Part shown: piece after piece, positions 19,913 through 30,700 of the stretch | Layout of the letters: each line of letters opens with the position of its first letter | How positions within the stretch are numbered: position 1 is the stretch's first letter | IMG/VR virus record: IMGVR_UViG_3300026478_000749 | Coordinates: 22,001 to 86,000 of that record | Strand: one strand, 5' to 3' | Source of the DNA: a virus | Length of the DNA stretch: 64,000 nt | The notes under the pieces: model-generated | Told to the model about the DNA's origin: nothing | What the model saw: the letters and a program-made list of their open reading frames with translations, nothing else | Databases searched by the model: none | Program-made: the position numbers and the translations under genes

Positions 19913-20356
19913 ATGAACATTCAAGAACAAAACAAGTTTGAATTTTTACTTACACTAGACGGCAACATTATCTGCCAGCGATTTTTTAACGTTAAGGACT
20001 ATAATCCTGATACCAGGAAGTCTATGAATCTGCATTATGAAGTAAAAAATATTTGTGAAGAAATTTCGGAAGATTTGAAAATAAAAAGTTCCGAATACCT
20101 AATCGAAAATCAAGGATTTTTTATGAATAACGATGTTGTGGAAGATCCTAAAGAGATGGAAGAACAGTATTTTTTATTGCAAATTAAGCAAGGTGACGAT
20201 GTATTTATTTCAAGAATATTTGCTGCTCACTATTACCATCCAAAGGTTAGGTATGCTGTGGATATTCGACCAAAGTTGAGAAGAATTTTGGCAGATTTAA
20301 CTGAAGTTTTGTCAGTAAGCGATCCAGAAACGACATATCTTCAGTACGAACTTTAA
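19913..20356 (+). CDS. Hypothetical protein in the replication block
   Basis: 147 aa clean ORF between the exonuclease and helicase. Confidence 0.7.
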   Translation: MNIQEQNKFEFLLTLDGNIICQRFFNVKDYNPDTRKSMNLHYEVKNICEEISEDLKIKSSEYLIENQGFFMNNDVVEDPKEMEEQYFLLQIKQGDDVFISRIFAAHYYHPKVRYAVDIRPKLRRILADLTEVLSVSDPETTYLQYEL

Positions 20357-20385
20357 TTTATTTTATTTTATAACTTATATATTTT

Positions 20386-21777
20386 ATGACCGAGAAGAAT
20401 TTTGGCCATTTAGGGCAAACGTATCAAATATCACTATTAAAAACTATTATAGAAGACCGAAAATTCGGTGAAACTATTGTTGAGGTCATAGATCAAAACT
20501 ATTTTGATAATAATGGGTTCAAGTTCATTATGCAAAATATTAAGGAGTGTTATGAGAAATACGAAACACTACCTTCTTACACAGCATTAGAACAAAAGAT
20601 ATTGTCAGAAAGCGTTTCAGATACTGCTAGAACCGCTTTTATTGATACTATCAAGAACATACAAGAACATGTTATTGATCAGGGTGGAATTCCTTTAATT
20701 AAGGACAAAGCTATGAACTTCTGTAAGCAGCAAGTTCTTAAGAAAACCATCAAGAAAATAGAGGAGATAACAGCTAAGGGTGAATTTGAAGAGTATCACA
20801 AAATTGAGAAACTAATTCAAGATGCTCTACAAGTTGGTGTTAGTGATAACGATGTAGTAGACATCTTTGATAGTATTAGTTCAGCATTACAAGCTGACAA
20901 TAGAAGACCGATACCAACAGGCGTTGTAGGTATTGACAATTTATTAGATGGCGGATTAGGGAGAGGTGAGCTTGGGGTGGTTTTAGCTCCAACCGGAACA
21001 GGTAAAACAACTTTATTGACTAAATTCTCTAACGAAGCTTTTAATCAAGGGTATAATGTTGTTCAAGTTTTCTTTGAAGATAATGTTAATAACATTAAAC
21101 GAAAACATTTTACCATATGGACAGGCATTTCTCCAAAAGAACAACCATTACACGCAGAAGAGGTTGAAAAAATAGTTACTGAAAGAAAAAGTATTTCAAC
21201 TGGCGAGCTTAGATTATTAAAACTGCCTAGTGATTCTGTTACTATTTCTGAAATTAAATCAAAATTAAGAAAGATGCAAGCAGATGGTTTTAGAGTAGAT
21301 TTACTAACTTTGGACTATGTTGATTGTATCACTCCCGAGAAGACAAATTATAATGAAGAGTGGAAGGGAGATGGTGCAATCATGAGACAATTAGAAGCTA
21401 TGACATCTGAATTTGATATCGCAATATGGACTGCTACTCAAGGTAATAGAGAATCTATTAAGAGCGAAGTAGTAACAACAGATCAAATGGGTGGATCTAT
21501 CAAAAAGGCCCAAATTGGGCACGTTGTATTGTCTATTGGTAAAACAATTGAACAAAAAGAAATGAATCTTGCAACATTAACATTATTGAAATCCAGAATT
21601 GGTAAAGATGGTGTTGTATTCAATAACTGCAAATTCAATAACGAGTTTCTTGAAATTGATGTTGACCATCAGAATACTTTGCTTGGCTTTAAAACCGATA
21701 AGGAAGAAGAAGCAAAGCAGCGCAAGAACAAAATCTACAACGAATATCTAGCACAAAAAGAATTATTAAATAAATAA
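20386..21777 (+). CDS. dnaB: Replicative DNA helicase (DnaB / T4 gp41-like)
   Basis: Walker [22 protein letters not shown], and the LKSR arginine finger. Confidence 0.9.
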   Translation: MTEKNFGHLGQTYQISLLKTIIEDRKFGETIVEVIDQNYFDNNGFKFIMQNIKECYEKYETLPSYTALEQKILSESVSDTARTAFIDTIKNIQEHVIDQGGIPLIKDKAMNFCKQQVLKKTIKKIEEITAKGEFEEYHKIEKLIQDALQVGVSDNDVVDIFDSISSALQADNRRPIPTGVVGIDNLLDGGLGRGELGVVLAPTGTGKTTLLTKFSNEAFNQGYNVVQVFFEDNVNNIKRKHFTIWTGISPKEQPLHAEEVEKIVTERKSISTGELRLLKLPSDSVTISEIKSKLRKMQADGFRVDLLTLDYVDCITPEKTNYNEEWKGDGAIMRQLEAMTSEFDIAIWTATQGNRESIKSEVVTTDQMGGSIKKAQIGHVVLSIGKTIEQKEMNLATLTLLKSRIGKDGVVFNNCKFNNEFLEIDVDHQNTLLGFKTDKEEEAKQRKNKIYNEYLAQKELLNK

Positions 21778-21790
21778 AAAAACAAACACT

Positions 21791-22768
21791 ATGACCGAGA
21801 AGATTCTAGTTGACAATCCCGGACGCTTTGTCCTTTTCCCAATCGAGCACCATGACCTATGGAAGCTTTATAAACAACAAGAAGCATGTTTTTGGACTGC
21901 TGAAGAAATTGATTTAGGGCAAGACATTTATGACTGGGAGAATAAATTAAACGCAGACGAACAGCATTTCGTTAAACATGTATTAGCATTTTTTGCAGCA
22001 TCTGATGGTATTGTTAATGAGAATATTGCAATGAATTTTGTTAACGCTGTCCAATACACTGAAGCTAAAATGTTTTATGGCTTTCAGATTATGATGGAAA
22101 ATATACACAGTGAAACTTATTCATTGTTAATTGACACATACATTAAAGATAAGGAAGAACAAAATAAATTATTTAATGCCATTGAAACTGTTCCTGCTAT
22201 TAAAAGAAAGGCGGAGTGGGCATTAAGATATATCGAAAAAGGAACTTTTGTTGAAAGACTTATTGCTTTTGCTGCGGTTGAAGGTATCTTTTTCTCTGGG
22301 TCATTCTGTGCAATTTTCTGGTTGAAAAAAAGAGGTTTGATGCCAGGTTTAACTTTTTCTAACGAATTGATTTCTCGTGATGAAGGTATGCATTGTGATT
22401 TTGCGTGCCACCTATTCAATCATCATATTGAAAACAAACTATCACAAAAGCAAATTAAAGATATTATCTGTGGTGCTTTAGAAATTGAGAAAGAATTTAT
22501 TCTTGAGGCTTTACCAGTAAGACTTATTGGTATGAACTCAGATTTAATGGCGCAGTATCTTGAATTTGTAACAGATAGATTATTAGTTGCTTTAGGCGTT
22601 CCTAAGGTTTACAATTCAGAAAACCCATTTGATTTTATGCAAAATATTGCTCTACAAGGAAAAACAAATTTCTTTGAAAAGAGAGTTGCTGAATATCAAA
22701 AAGCGGGTGTTAATAAAACTGCAGAAGCAGAAGATCTAGAATCAGCATTTGGTGATTTGGAATTTTAA
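21791..22768 (+). CDS. nrdB: Ribonucleotide reductase class Ia, beta subunit
   Basis: [21 protein letters not shown] (radical Tyr), [18 protein letters not shown]. Confidence 0.97.
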   Translation: MTEKILVDNPGRFVLFPIEHHDLWKLYKQQEACFWTAEEIDLGQDIYDWENKLNADEQHFVKHVLAFFAASDGIVNENIAMNFVNAVQYTEAKMFYGFQIMMENIHSETYSLLIDTYIKDKEEQNKLFNAIETVPAIKRKAEWALRYIEKGTFVERLIAFAAVEGIFFSGSFCAIFWLKKRGLMPGLTFSNELISRDEGMHCDFACHLFNHHIENKLSQKQIKDIICGALEIEKEFILEALPVRLIGMNSDLMAQYLEFVTDRLLVALGVPKVYNSENPFDFMQNIALQGKTNFFEKRVAEYQKAGVNKTAEAEDLESAFGDLEF

Positions 22769-22782
22769 AAATATAATTTGAG

Positions 22783-25218
22783 ATGAAAGTACTAAAAAGA
22801 GATGGAACGTTAGAAGAGATGAGATATGACAAGATCACTAAAAGAATTAGTGCTCTATGTGATGATCTTAATATGGATTATGTTGACCCAACATTTATTA
22901 CACTTAAAGTTACTCAAGGAATTTATGATGGAATATCAACTAAAGAGTTGGATGTACTAGCAGCAGAAACTGCAGCATCTATGACAACAACACATCCTGA
23001 CTATGCAAAATTAGCAGGAAGATTAGCTGTCACAAATTTACACAAGACAACACCAAAGAAGTTTTCTCAGGCTATTAAAGAATTACATTCTTTTATTGAG
23101 CCAAAGACTGGTAAAGAGTCAACATTAATTTCTGATGAAGTGTATGAATTTGTAATGGACAATAAAGAAATTATTGACGGTGCAATCAACATTACAAGAG
23201 ATTTTGATTTTGATTATTTTGGTTTTAAAACTTTAGAAAGATCATATCTTTTAAAGATTGGCGAAAGAACAGTTGAAAGACCACAGTACATGTATATGAG
23301 AGTTGCTGTTGGTATTTGCAATGGTGATGTCCAAATGGCATTGAGAATTTATGACGATTTATCACAACATTTTTATACACATGCAACACCAACATTATTT
23401 AATGCTGGAACACGCAGACCACAAATGTCATCATGTTTCTTAATTGGAAACAAAGGTGATGATATCGATGGATTATTTGATACAATCAAAGATGTTGCGA
23501 AAATTTCTAAATGGGCTGGCGGTATTGGTCTACATGTTCACGATGTTCGTGCTAAAGGTGCTTATATTAAAGGTACCGGAGGTATGTCAGATGGCTTATT
23601 ACCAATGATGAAAACCTACAATGAAGTTGCTCGTTGGATTAATCAAGGCGGTAAAAGAAAAGGTTCTTTTGCAATTTATCTTGAGCCATGGCATTCAGAT
23701 GTGTTGGAATTCATCGATCTAAGAAAGAATCACGGTAAGGAAGAAATGAGAGCTAGAGATTTATTCTTAGCTATGTGGACACCAGATTTGTTTATGCAGC
23801 GCGTTGAATCTGATGGCGATTGGTCATTATTTTCACCAGACGAAGCACCAGGACTTTCTGATGCATACGATACACCGGAAGACAAAGCATTTACTCGTTT
23901 ATACGAACAATATGAGTCAGAAGGTAAAGCTAGAAAGGTGATGAAAGCCAGAAAACTTATGGACGCTATTTTAACAGCACAAATTGAGACAGGTACACCA
24001 TACATGTTATATAAAGATGCTGCTAATTATAAATCAAATCAAAAGAATTTAGGTACAATTAAATCCTCAAATTTATGTACTGAAATCATTGAATATAGTT
24101 CACCAACAGAACAAGCGGTGTGCAACTTAGCTTCTATCGCCCTACCAAAATATATTTTAGATGGTGAATTTAATCATCAATTATTATTTGAATACACTTA
24201 TCAAGTTGTTAAGAATTTAAATAATGTTATTGATTTGAATTTTTACCCAACAGAAGAAACTAAAAGATCTAACTTCAAACATAGACCAGTTGGTTTGGGT
24301 GTACAAGGATTAGCAGATGTGTTCTGCATGTTGTCACTACCTTTTGAAAGTGAAGAGGCAGATAAATTACAAACAGAAATTTTTGAAACAATTTATTTTG
24401 CTGCAGTAACATCATCAAAAGATATTGCAAAAGAAGTTGGGGCATATGAATCTATTTCCGGTTCACCAATAGAAAAAGGTATTTTCCAATACGAAATGTG
24501 GGGTAAGACAGATAAAGATATGTCTGGAAGATGGGATTGGAAATCCTTGAGAAAAGAAGTTGTAAAGTATGGTGTTAGAAATTCATTACTTGTTGCACCA
24601 ATGCCAACGGCATCAACTGCGCAAATTTTAGGTAACAATGAAGCGTTCGAACCATTTACAACAAATCTTTATTCAAGAAGAACATTAGGTGGTGAATTTA
24701 TTGTTGTAAACAAACACTTGGTTAAGGATTTAATGAACTTAGGCTTATGGAATGAAGAATTGAAAAAGAAGTTAATTCTTGAAAACGGTTCTATTCAAAA
24801 CATCCCAGAAATCCCTACACCGATTAAAGAAGTTTATAAAACTGTTTGGGAAATGTCTCAAAAGAGAATTTTACAAATGGCCGCTAACAGAAGTATTTTT
24901 ATTGATCAATCACAGTCAATGAATTTATTCATCGACAATGCAACAAAAGCTAAAGTACTTGCTGCTCATTTGTTCGGTTGGAAATTAGGTCTTAAAACTG
25001 GTATGTATTATTTGAGAACAAGATCTGCCGTTGATCCAATTAAAGGTTTAGGTTTAGATACATCAACAGTAAAACCTGTTGCTGAAACACAGCCAAAACA
25101 ACAAACAACATATACTACGCCTCAAAATACAATTATAAGTGAAGAAACACCTGAAGTTGTAATGATGGCTAGTAGACCAGATGATTCCCCATTTGAGTGT
25201 GAAGGATGTGGATCGTAA
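22783..25218 (+). CDS. nrdA: Ribonucleotide reductase class Ia, alpha subunit with ATP cone
   Basis: N-terminal ATP cone (VLKRDG), ATPTLFNAG, SSCFL, SNLCTEI, PMPTASTAQI, GMYYLR, and C-terminal CEGCGS. Confidence 0.97.
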   Translation: MKVLKRDGTLEEMRYDKITKRISALCDDLNMDYVDPTFITLKVTQGIYDGISTKELDVLAAETAASMTTTHPDYAKLAGRLAVTNLHKTTPKKFSQAIKELHSFIEPKTGKESTLISDEVYEFVMDNKEIIDGAINITRDFDFDYFGFKTLERSYLLKIGERTVERPQYMYMRVAVGICNGDVQMALRIYDDLSQHFYTHATPTLFNAGTRRPQMSSCFLIGNKGDDIDGLFDTIKDVAKISKWAGGIGLHVHDVRAKGAYIKGTGGMSDGLLPMMKTYNEVARWINQGGKRKGSFAIYLEPWHSDVLEFIDLRKNHGKEEMRARDLFLAMWTPDLFMQRVESDGDWSLFSPDEAPGLSDAYDTPEDKAFTRLYEQYESEGKARKVMKARKLMDAILTAQIETGTPYMLYKDAANYKSNQKNLGTIKSSNLCTEIIEYSSPTEQAVCNLASIALPKYILDGEFNHQLLFEYTYQVVKNLNNVIDLNFYPTEETKRSNFKHRPVGLGVQGLADVFCMLSLPFESEEADKLQTEIFETIYFAAVTSSKDIAKEVGAYESISGSPIEKGIFQYEMWGKTDKDMSGRWDWKSLRKEVVKYGVRNSLLVAPMPTASTAQILGNNEAFEPFTTNLYSRRTLGGEFIVVNKHLVKDLMNLGLWNEELKKKLILENGSIQNIPEIPTPIKEVYKTVWEMSQKRILQMAANRSIFIDQSQSMNLFIDNATKAKVLAAHLFGWKLGLKTGMYYLRTRSAVDPIKGLGLDTSTVKPVAETQPKQQTTYTTPQNTIISEETPEVVMMASRPDDSPFECEGCGS

Positions 25219-25222
25219 GATA

Positions 25223-25310
25223 ATGGGTGGCGCCCTCAAAGTTTAGCTGTCGTCAAGGCGTACCTTGAGCATCCAGGACTTGACAATACAGGGTGCGAAT
25301 ATCAAGTCAC
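25223..25310 (+). ncRNA. Candidate structured RNA (hairpin plus H-type pseudoknot) in the nrdA 3' region
   Basis: GC-rich intergenic stretch. Hairpin TCAAGG/CCTTGA; interleaved stems GCATCC/GGGTGC and GACTTGA/TCAAGTC. Confidence 0.4.
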
Positions 25311-25316
25311 AATACT

Positions 25317-25342
25317 AAAACCCAACTTCGGTTGGGTTTTTT
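25317..25342 (+). terminator. Terminator with a cUUCGg tetraloop
   Basis: AAAACCCAAC-TTCG-GTTGGGTTTT followed by TT. Confidence 0.9.
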
Positions 25343-25379
25343 ATTTATATCCATTTTAGTATTGTTTATATTTATTGAT

Positions 25380-25835
25380 ATGGCTACAAAATATGGTATA
25401 GATTTTCCTTTTAGAAATAGCGCGTTAGGTGACTATACTAGAATGACATTGAATATAGATGAAGAGGTAAGAGCAAACCTTATTCATTTGCTATTGACTA
25501 GAAAAGGAAGTAGATATTTTTTACCTGACTTTGGCACTAGATTATATGAATACATATTTGATTTAAACGACAGTATTACTTATAGCAGTATAGAGGATGA
25601 GATTAGAGAAACTGTTAAAATTTACATACCAAATCTAGAAATAAACGCAATAAAAATAACTAATCCTGATATAGATCCAGAAGACGGTGCCTCAAGCATT
25701 AGTGAAGATGAAGATACCAGATTATTTAGAGTTGGCGATGGTTCTACTAAACCATATACAGCTAAAATAAGAATTGATTATACAACAAATAATGGAACAT
25801 TTTCCAGTTCCGACTTTGTAATTATTAACATATAA
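25380..25835 (+). CDS. Baseplate wedge / sheath initiator (T4 gp25-like)
   Basis: Start moved to ATG 25380 (MATKYGIDFPF), since the longer ORF runs through the terminator. Motif LIHLLLTRKGSRYFLPDFGTRLYEYIFD. Confidence 0.88.
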   Translation: MATKYGIDFPFRNSALGDYTRMTLNIDEEVRANLIHLLLTRKGSRYFLPDFGTRLYEYIFDLNDSITYSSIEDEIRETVKIYIPNLEINAIKITNPDIDPEDGASSISEDEDTRLFRVGDGSTKPYTAKIRIDYTTNNGTFSSSDFVIINI

Positions 25836-25836
25836 T

Positions 25837-27669
25837 ATGAGCAAAAAGATAGCATATACCAACAGGGATTTTGCTGGGTTGAGACAAGACCTGGTAAATT
25901 TAACTAAAGAATATTACCCAGATATTATTCAAAATACAAACGACGCGTCGATTTATTCTGTTTTATTGGATTTAAACGCGGCTGTTTCTGATAACCTACA
26001 TTTTCATATTGATAGAGTTTGGCAAGAAACAATGTTAGATTTTGCTCAAAAAAGACAATCTTTATTTCATATTGCAAAAACATATGGTATTAGAATTCCT
26101 GGGTTAAGACCTTCAGTAGCTTTGTGTGATTTTAGTATTAATGTACCGGCTAGAGGTGATAAAGATGATGACAGATACGAAGGAATTTTAAGAGCTGGAG
26201 CACAAATTTCAGGCGGAGGACAAGTATTTGAAACAATTGAAGATATCGATTTTTCAAATCCTTTTAATAGTAAAGGCGAACCAAACAGATTAAAATTACC
26301 CAATTTTGATAATAACAACAGATTAATCTCTTACACAATTGTAAAAAGAGAGCCGGTTGTTAATGGGGTAACTAAGATTTTTAGAAAAGTAATTAGTCAA
26401 CAAGATCAAAAGCCCTTTTTAAAGATATTTTTACCAGAAAGAAACGTTCTTGGTGTTTCTTCTGTGATCCATAAAGAAGGAACCACATTTGCTGGTAATC
26501 CAGCTTACAGCGAGTTTATAAGCGATCCTAATAAATGGTATGAAGTTCAATCTCTAGTTCAAGACAAGGTGTTTGTTCCAAGCACAACCGGGGTTTCAGA
26601 TAGACCAAATTTCAAAGCTGGAGAATATGTTACAGTACAAAATAAATTTATTACTGAATACACCCCAGAAGGTTATTTCTTTTTAACATTTGGCTCAGGA
26701 AACGTCGATCCACTTGATAACTTAGACAATTATATTACAGATAAATTAAAAGTAAATTTATCATCATATCTAAACAATCTTTCATTAGGTTCAATCCCAA
26801 AACAAGATACAACACTATTCATAAAATATAGAATAGGTGGTGGTAAAGAAAGTAACATTGGGGTTGGTGTCATCAATAATGTGGAAAATTCGGATTTTAT
26901 CATTACAGGTCCTAATTCTGACACAAATAGCCAAGTTTCACAATCTTTGAGTGTAACTAACGTAACACCAGCTGTTGGTGGAGCTGATCAACCAACTGTT
27001 GAAGAACTAAGAGCAATGGTTGCATATAACTTTGCAGCACAAAATAGAGCGGTGACTCTAAATGATTATAAATCAATGATTGAAACGATGCCATCAACAT
27101 ACGGAGCGCCAGCAAAAGTCAATGTGATGGAGGAAGATAACAAAGTAAGAGTTAAGCTATTGTCCTATGATGAAAGCGGTAATTTAACAAACGTTGTTTC
27201 TAACACATTAAAACAGAACATATTAAATTATCTTTCTCAATTTAGAATGATAAACGATTATATTGATATCGTTAGTGGTGAAGTTATTGACATGGGACTA
27301 GAAATTGACCTTTTATTAGATAAAAATCAAAACCAAGGAGAAGTTATTAGAGATGTGATTTCAGCAACAACAGATTATTTTTCAATCGATAAAAGAAAAA
27401 TGGGTGATCCTTTGTTTGTTGGTGAATTAATGAAAGAAGTTAACAATGTTCCTGGGGTAGTAAACGTTATCGATGTGAGAGTTTTCAATAAAATCGGTGG
27501 CGAATATTCTTCATCACAGGTGTCACAGTCGTACAAAGACCCAGCAACAAAAGAAATTTTGCAAAATGATATGACGATTTTTATGAAAGCTAATCAAATA
27601 TTCCAGATTAGATTTCCTCAAAAAGACATAAAAATCAGGGTAAAAACATTAGGCACGACTACATATTAA
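25837..27669 (+). CDS. Baseplate wedge protein (T4 gp6 / baseplate J-like)
   Basis: YTNRDFAGLR, SLFHIAKTYG, YRIGGG, AVGGAD, AQNRAVTLNDY. Confidence 0.88.
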   Translation: MSKKIAYTNRDFAGLRQDLVNLTKEYYPDIIQNTNDASIYSVLLDLNAAVSDNLHFHIDRVWQETMLDFAQKRQSLFHIAKTYGIRIPGLRPSVALCDFSINVPARGDKDDDRYEGILRAGAQISGGGQVFETIEDIDFSNPFNSKGEPNRLKLPNFDNNNRLISYTIVKREPVVNGVTKIFRKVISQQDQKPFLKIFLPERNVLGVSSVIHKEGTTFAGNPAYSEFISDPNKWYEVQSLVQDKVFVPSTTGVSDRPNFKAGEYVTVQNKFITEYTPEGYFFLTFGSGNVDPLDNLDNYITDKLKVNLSSYLNNLSLGSIPKQDTTLFIKYRIGGGKESNIGVGVINNVENSDFIITGPNSDTNSQVSQSLSVTNVTPAVGGADQPTVEELRAMVAYNFAAQNRAVTLNDYKSMIETMPSTYGAPAKVNVMEEDNKVRVKLLSYDESGNLTNVVSNTLKQNILNYLSQFRMINDYIDIVSGEVIDMGLEIDLLLDKNQNQGEVIRDVISATTDYFSIDKRKMGDPLFVGELMKEVNNVPGVVNVIDVRVFNKIGGEYSSSQVSQSYKDPATKEILQNDMTIFMKANQIFQIRFPQKDIKIRVKTLGTTTY

Positions 27670-27729
27670 CGTCTTTTTTACTTATCTTTTTTCTATAGGA
27701 AAATTGATGAGTTTCTATTTATAGTTAAT

Positions 27730-30700
27730 ATGGTACAAAAGCACAGAATTAACACCACTTTAAACGGGGATAAGAAAGTAACTGTTGAATTAAAACAGGA
27801 TTATGATCTTTTAGAAATTTTATCCTTAAAATTCACACAACAAGACGCTTATACGTCATTATGTGCGGATTATGGTGTTGTTTGCGGTAGAGTAACAGCA
27901 AATAATGGCCTAGGTATACCAAATGCTAGAGTTTCTATTTTAATACCAATATCAGATCAAGACGAACAAGATCCAGTAATTTCCACACTTTACCCATTCA
28001 AACTTAGTAGTGATAAAAATGATGATGGTTATAGATATAACCTTTTACCATCTAGACAGCAACATGCTGGGCATACACCAACAGGTACATTCCCAGACCA
28101 AAATGACATTCTTAGTAGAGAAGAACAATTAGAAGTTTTTGAAAAATATTACAAGTTCACGGCGAAAACGAATTATGCCGGCGACTATATGATTTGGGGG
28201 GTACCTTTAGGCGAACAACAATTACATATAGATGTTGATTTATCAGATATGGGTTGTTTTTCACTTAGACCCTATGATTTTATAAGACAAGGCGAAGATG
28301 CTAATAAATTTGAGAGATTTTTTAAATTCAGATCGGATACCGATTTAGATGGGTTACCACAAATAGTTGCTTTCGATAAAACGATAGATGTTTCTCCTTT
28401 TTGGGGGAATATGGATTTGTGTCAAATAGGGATAACCAGGGCAGACTTTGATTTATCTAACTTAGGGATTAAAGTAGATCCTGTGTCATTAATGCTAGTA
28501 TCAACAGTTACCGATGCAGATAGTGATGCTGTTAAAAGAAGTGGTGTAATCAGAAGAAAAAGTGGTTATAAATGTAATCTACAAACTAGCGATGGAAAAA
28601 TTCAAGGGGTTAGATTTACAGGTAAAAAAGTTATAGGCTCAGACGGCGTAACAATATACCCAGAATTAGAATATTTTAATCCAGGTGTTATTGATGATGA
28701 TGGTACAGCTATGGCTGTTATCCCAATGAATCTTGATTATGTTTATACAAATGAATTTGGTGAACAAGAAACAACCAACGATCCAAATAAAGGGGTGGCC
28801 ACATCTACTGTGGCTAGACTTAAATTAGAATTGAATAACTCTAGCGGGGAAGGATCTTCCAGAGGAACATCAAGCGCAACCTATCTGGTTCCTAATATTA
28901 GAGAGTTTAATAAGTATACTAGCGGTGTTGCTAGTGAATATAGTGAGGCAATCATATCTTCATATGTTTTTTCAGATGTATTTGAAGACTACTTAAATGT
29001 TCCCGTTCCAACTGGTGTAACATTAGAACCGCTAACAAACGCAGAAAGATTACATAAAAAAGAATTAATATTAGGCACGAATAATAACGATATACCTGAA
29101 GACTATTTTTATAAATTTATTTACGGGAAAGTATACACACCTACATCGTTTCAAGGATCTCACTATGAAGTGTCTGCAGCCGAAAATTTACTTGGTTTAA
29201 GTAGAAGGGATGCGTTTTTAGGTATAAAAGAAATTAGACCAAATGCTGAAGATGATTGTGCCGGCACCGCAAATTACATTCCAACAAATTTTGCTTTTAG
29301 AAATAGAACTAAATTTGGTTTATTAATATCACAAGTATTATTATTTCTACAATTCATATTTGCATTAATATTGAATTTTGTTTTTGAATTGTTGGGAAGA
29401 TTTTTCATGAGTGTTGGTAAAGCCCTATATTCAATATACTTTGGTTGGCCTTTTAACTGGAGACCATTTGCAAGAATTGGTGAACAGTTTCAAGATATCG
29501 CACATAAATTACAAGTTAATGGTACACAAACATTGGCAATAACAACATATCCAGATTGTGAAGAATGTACAACAGATGATGAAGCGGCTACTCTAACTAC
29601 AGATCTATCAAACACATATTGTTCTGTTGGAGAAATAAAATTTAAAGTAATTGGTGTTGGTGCCGGAGGCGGTTATATATATCTAATTCCTATAGAATTT
29701 AATACAAGCACAAGTACAAATAGCTCAATAGTTTCTCCAGGAAATAGAGCTAGAGATTATGATCCAACCGATCAATACATGAGTGGTAACACTTTCTCTA
29801 TAACTGGCGCAACAAAAGCAGATACTCGAACAATTTTATCTGGGTTAGATGAACAAACAATAACACCAGCAGATCCTGGCGATACAAATAATGCAAGATT
29901 TATTGCACAAGGTATTTCTATTGTTGACGATAGTATATTACCATATTCTCCAGCAGGAGGAGACACTGTAACAAAATCTATATCATTTAGTGATTTTGAT
30001 TTAAATTTTAGTGCAAATACACAGTTAGGTAATCTAGCACAATTTACAACGGGTACAGCAACTCTTATTACCCAAGCACTATGGAATCAAGTCGGAAACT
30101 ACCCGTCTACTAAACTTAATGAATGGATTAACTATGCTGGTCAAAGTGGATCAACAGCAACTGTTTTATTAATGCCGTTTAACCACGCATCTTGGGCAGA
30201 AATAGCCGGTAGTAACTATGAAACGTATGATGGCCCAGATAGTGGTGATACACCAAATGGTAAAGGTAACTTTGGTGATAGAGGTACATATGTTGTCATT
30301 AGAATTTTTGATAGAAGCAAATTAAAATTTGATCCAACTGGGACTTCTACCACTTTTCAAATTGAAGAAGGTTGTAAAAAATATGATAAAGCATATGATG
30401 AGTCAATTTCTTACAAATATCTTTGGTCTACAGGTAACACTTACGGTAGTTCATATGTACCATTAGAACCTCAAAACGGATATCCGGCTGGATTTTCCGA
30501 ATCTACAACAAGTCCCGGATCAGGTTATTCAATTATGGCCGACATTATTGGTGGAGGTGGTAGATTGCCTAGGTTAAGGGTATGGTCAAAAATAGGAAAT
30601 TCATATTATGACAGAAAAACAAAATCGGGATTATCCGAAATCAGAGATGGCGTTTTTACAGTTATTCCGGTAATAGAAGGAACATCTAAAAACGCAAGCT

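Noticed and set aside
20386-25218. Inteins or self-splicing introns in the helicase or nrdAB
   Set aside because: Protein lengths are normal, motifs are contiguous and no homing endonuclease is inserted.
25223-25246. Mini-ORF MGGALKV with possible stop readthrough
   Set aside because: Seven codons with no supporting signal; expected by chance.
25269-25308. HDV-like or theta ribozyme (GCGAAT before a closing stem)
   Set aside because: Only ~11 nt separate the putative P2 5' strand from the J4/2-like segment, too few for P3/L3/P1. Kept as an unclassified pseudoknot.
25293-25379. N-terminal hydrophobic extension of the gp25-like protein
   Set aside because: It is translated from the terminator and AT-rich promoter sequence; ATG 25380 fits the family start.
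1-27669. Bacterial contractile injection system (eCIS, T6SS or tailocin)
   Set aside because: The tail genes are interleaved with phage-type SSB, recombinase, helicase, primase and gp46/47-like genes, and no bacterial housekeeping context is present.
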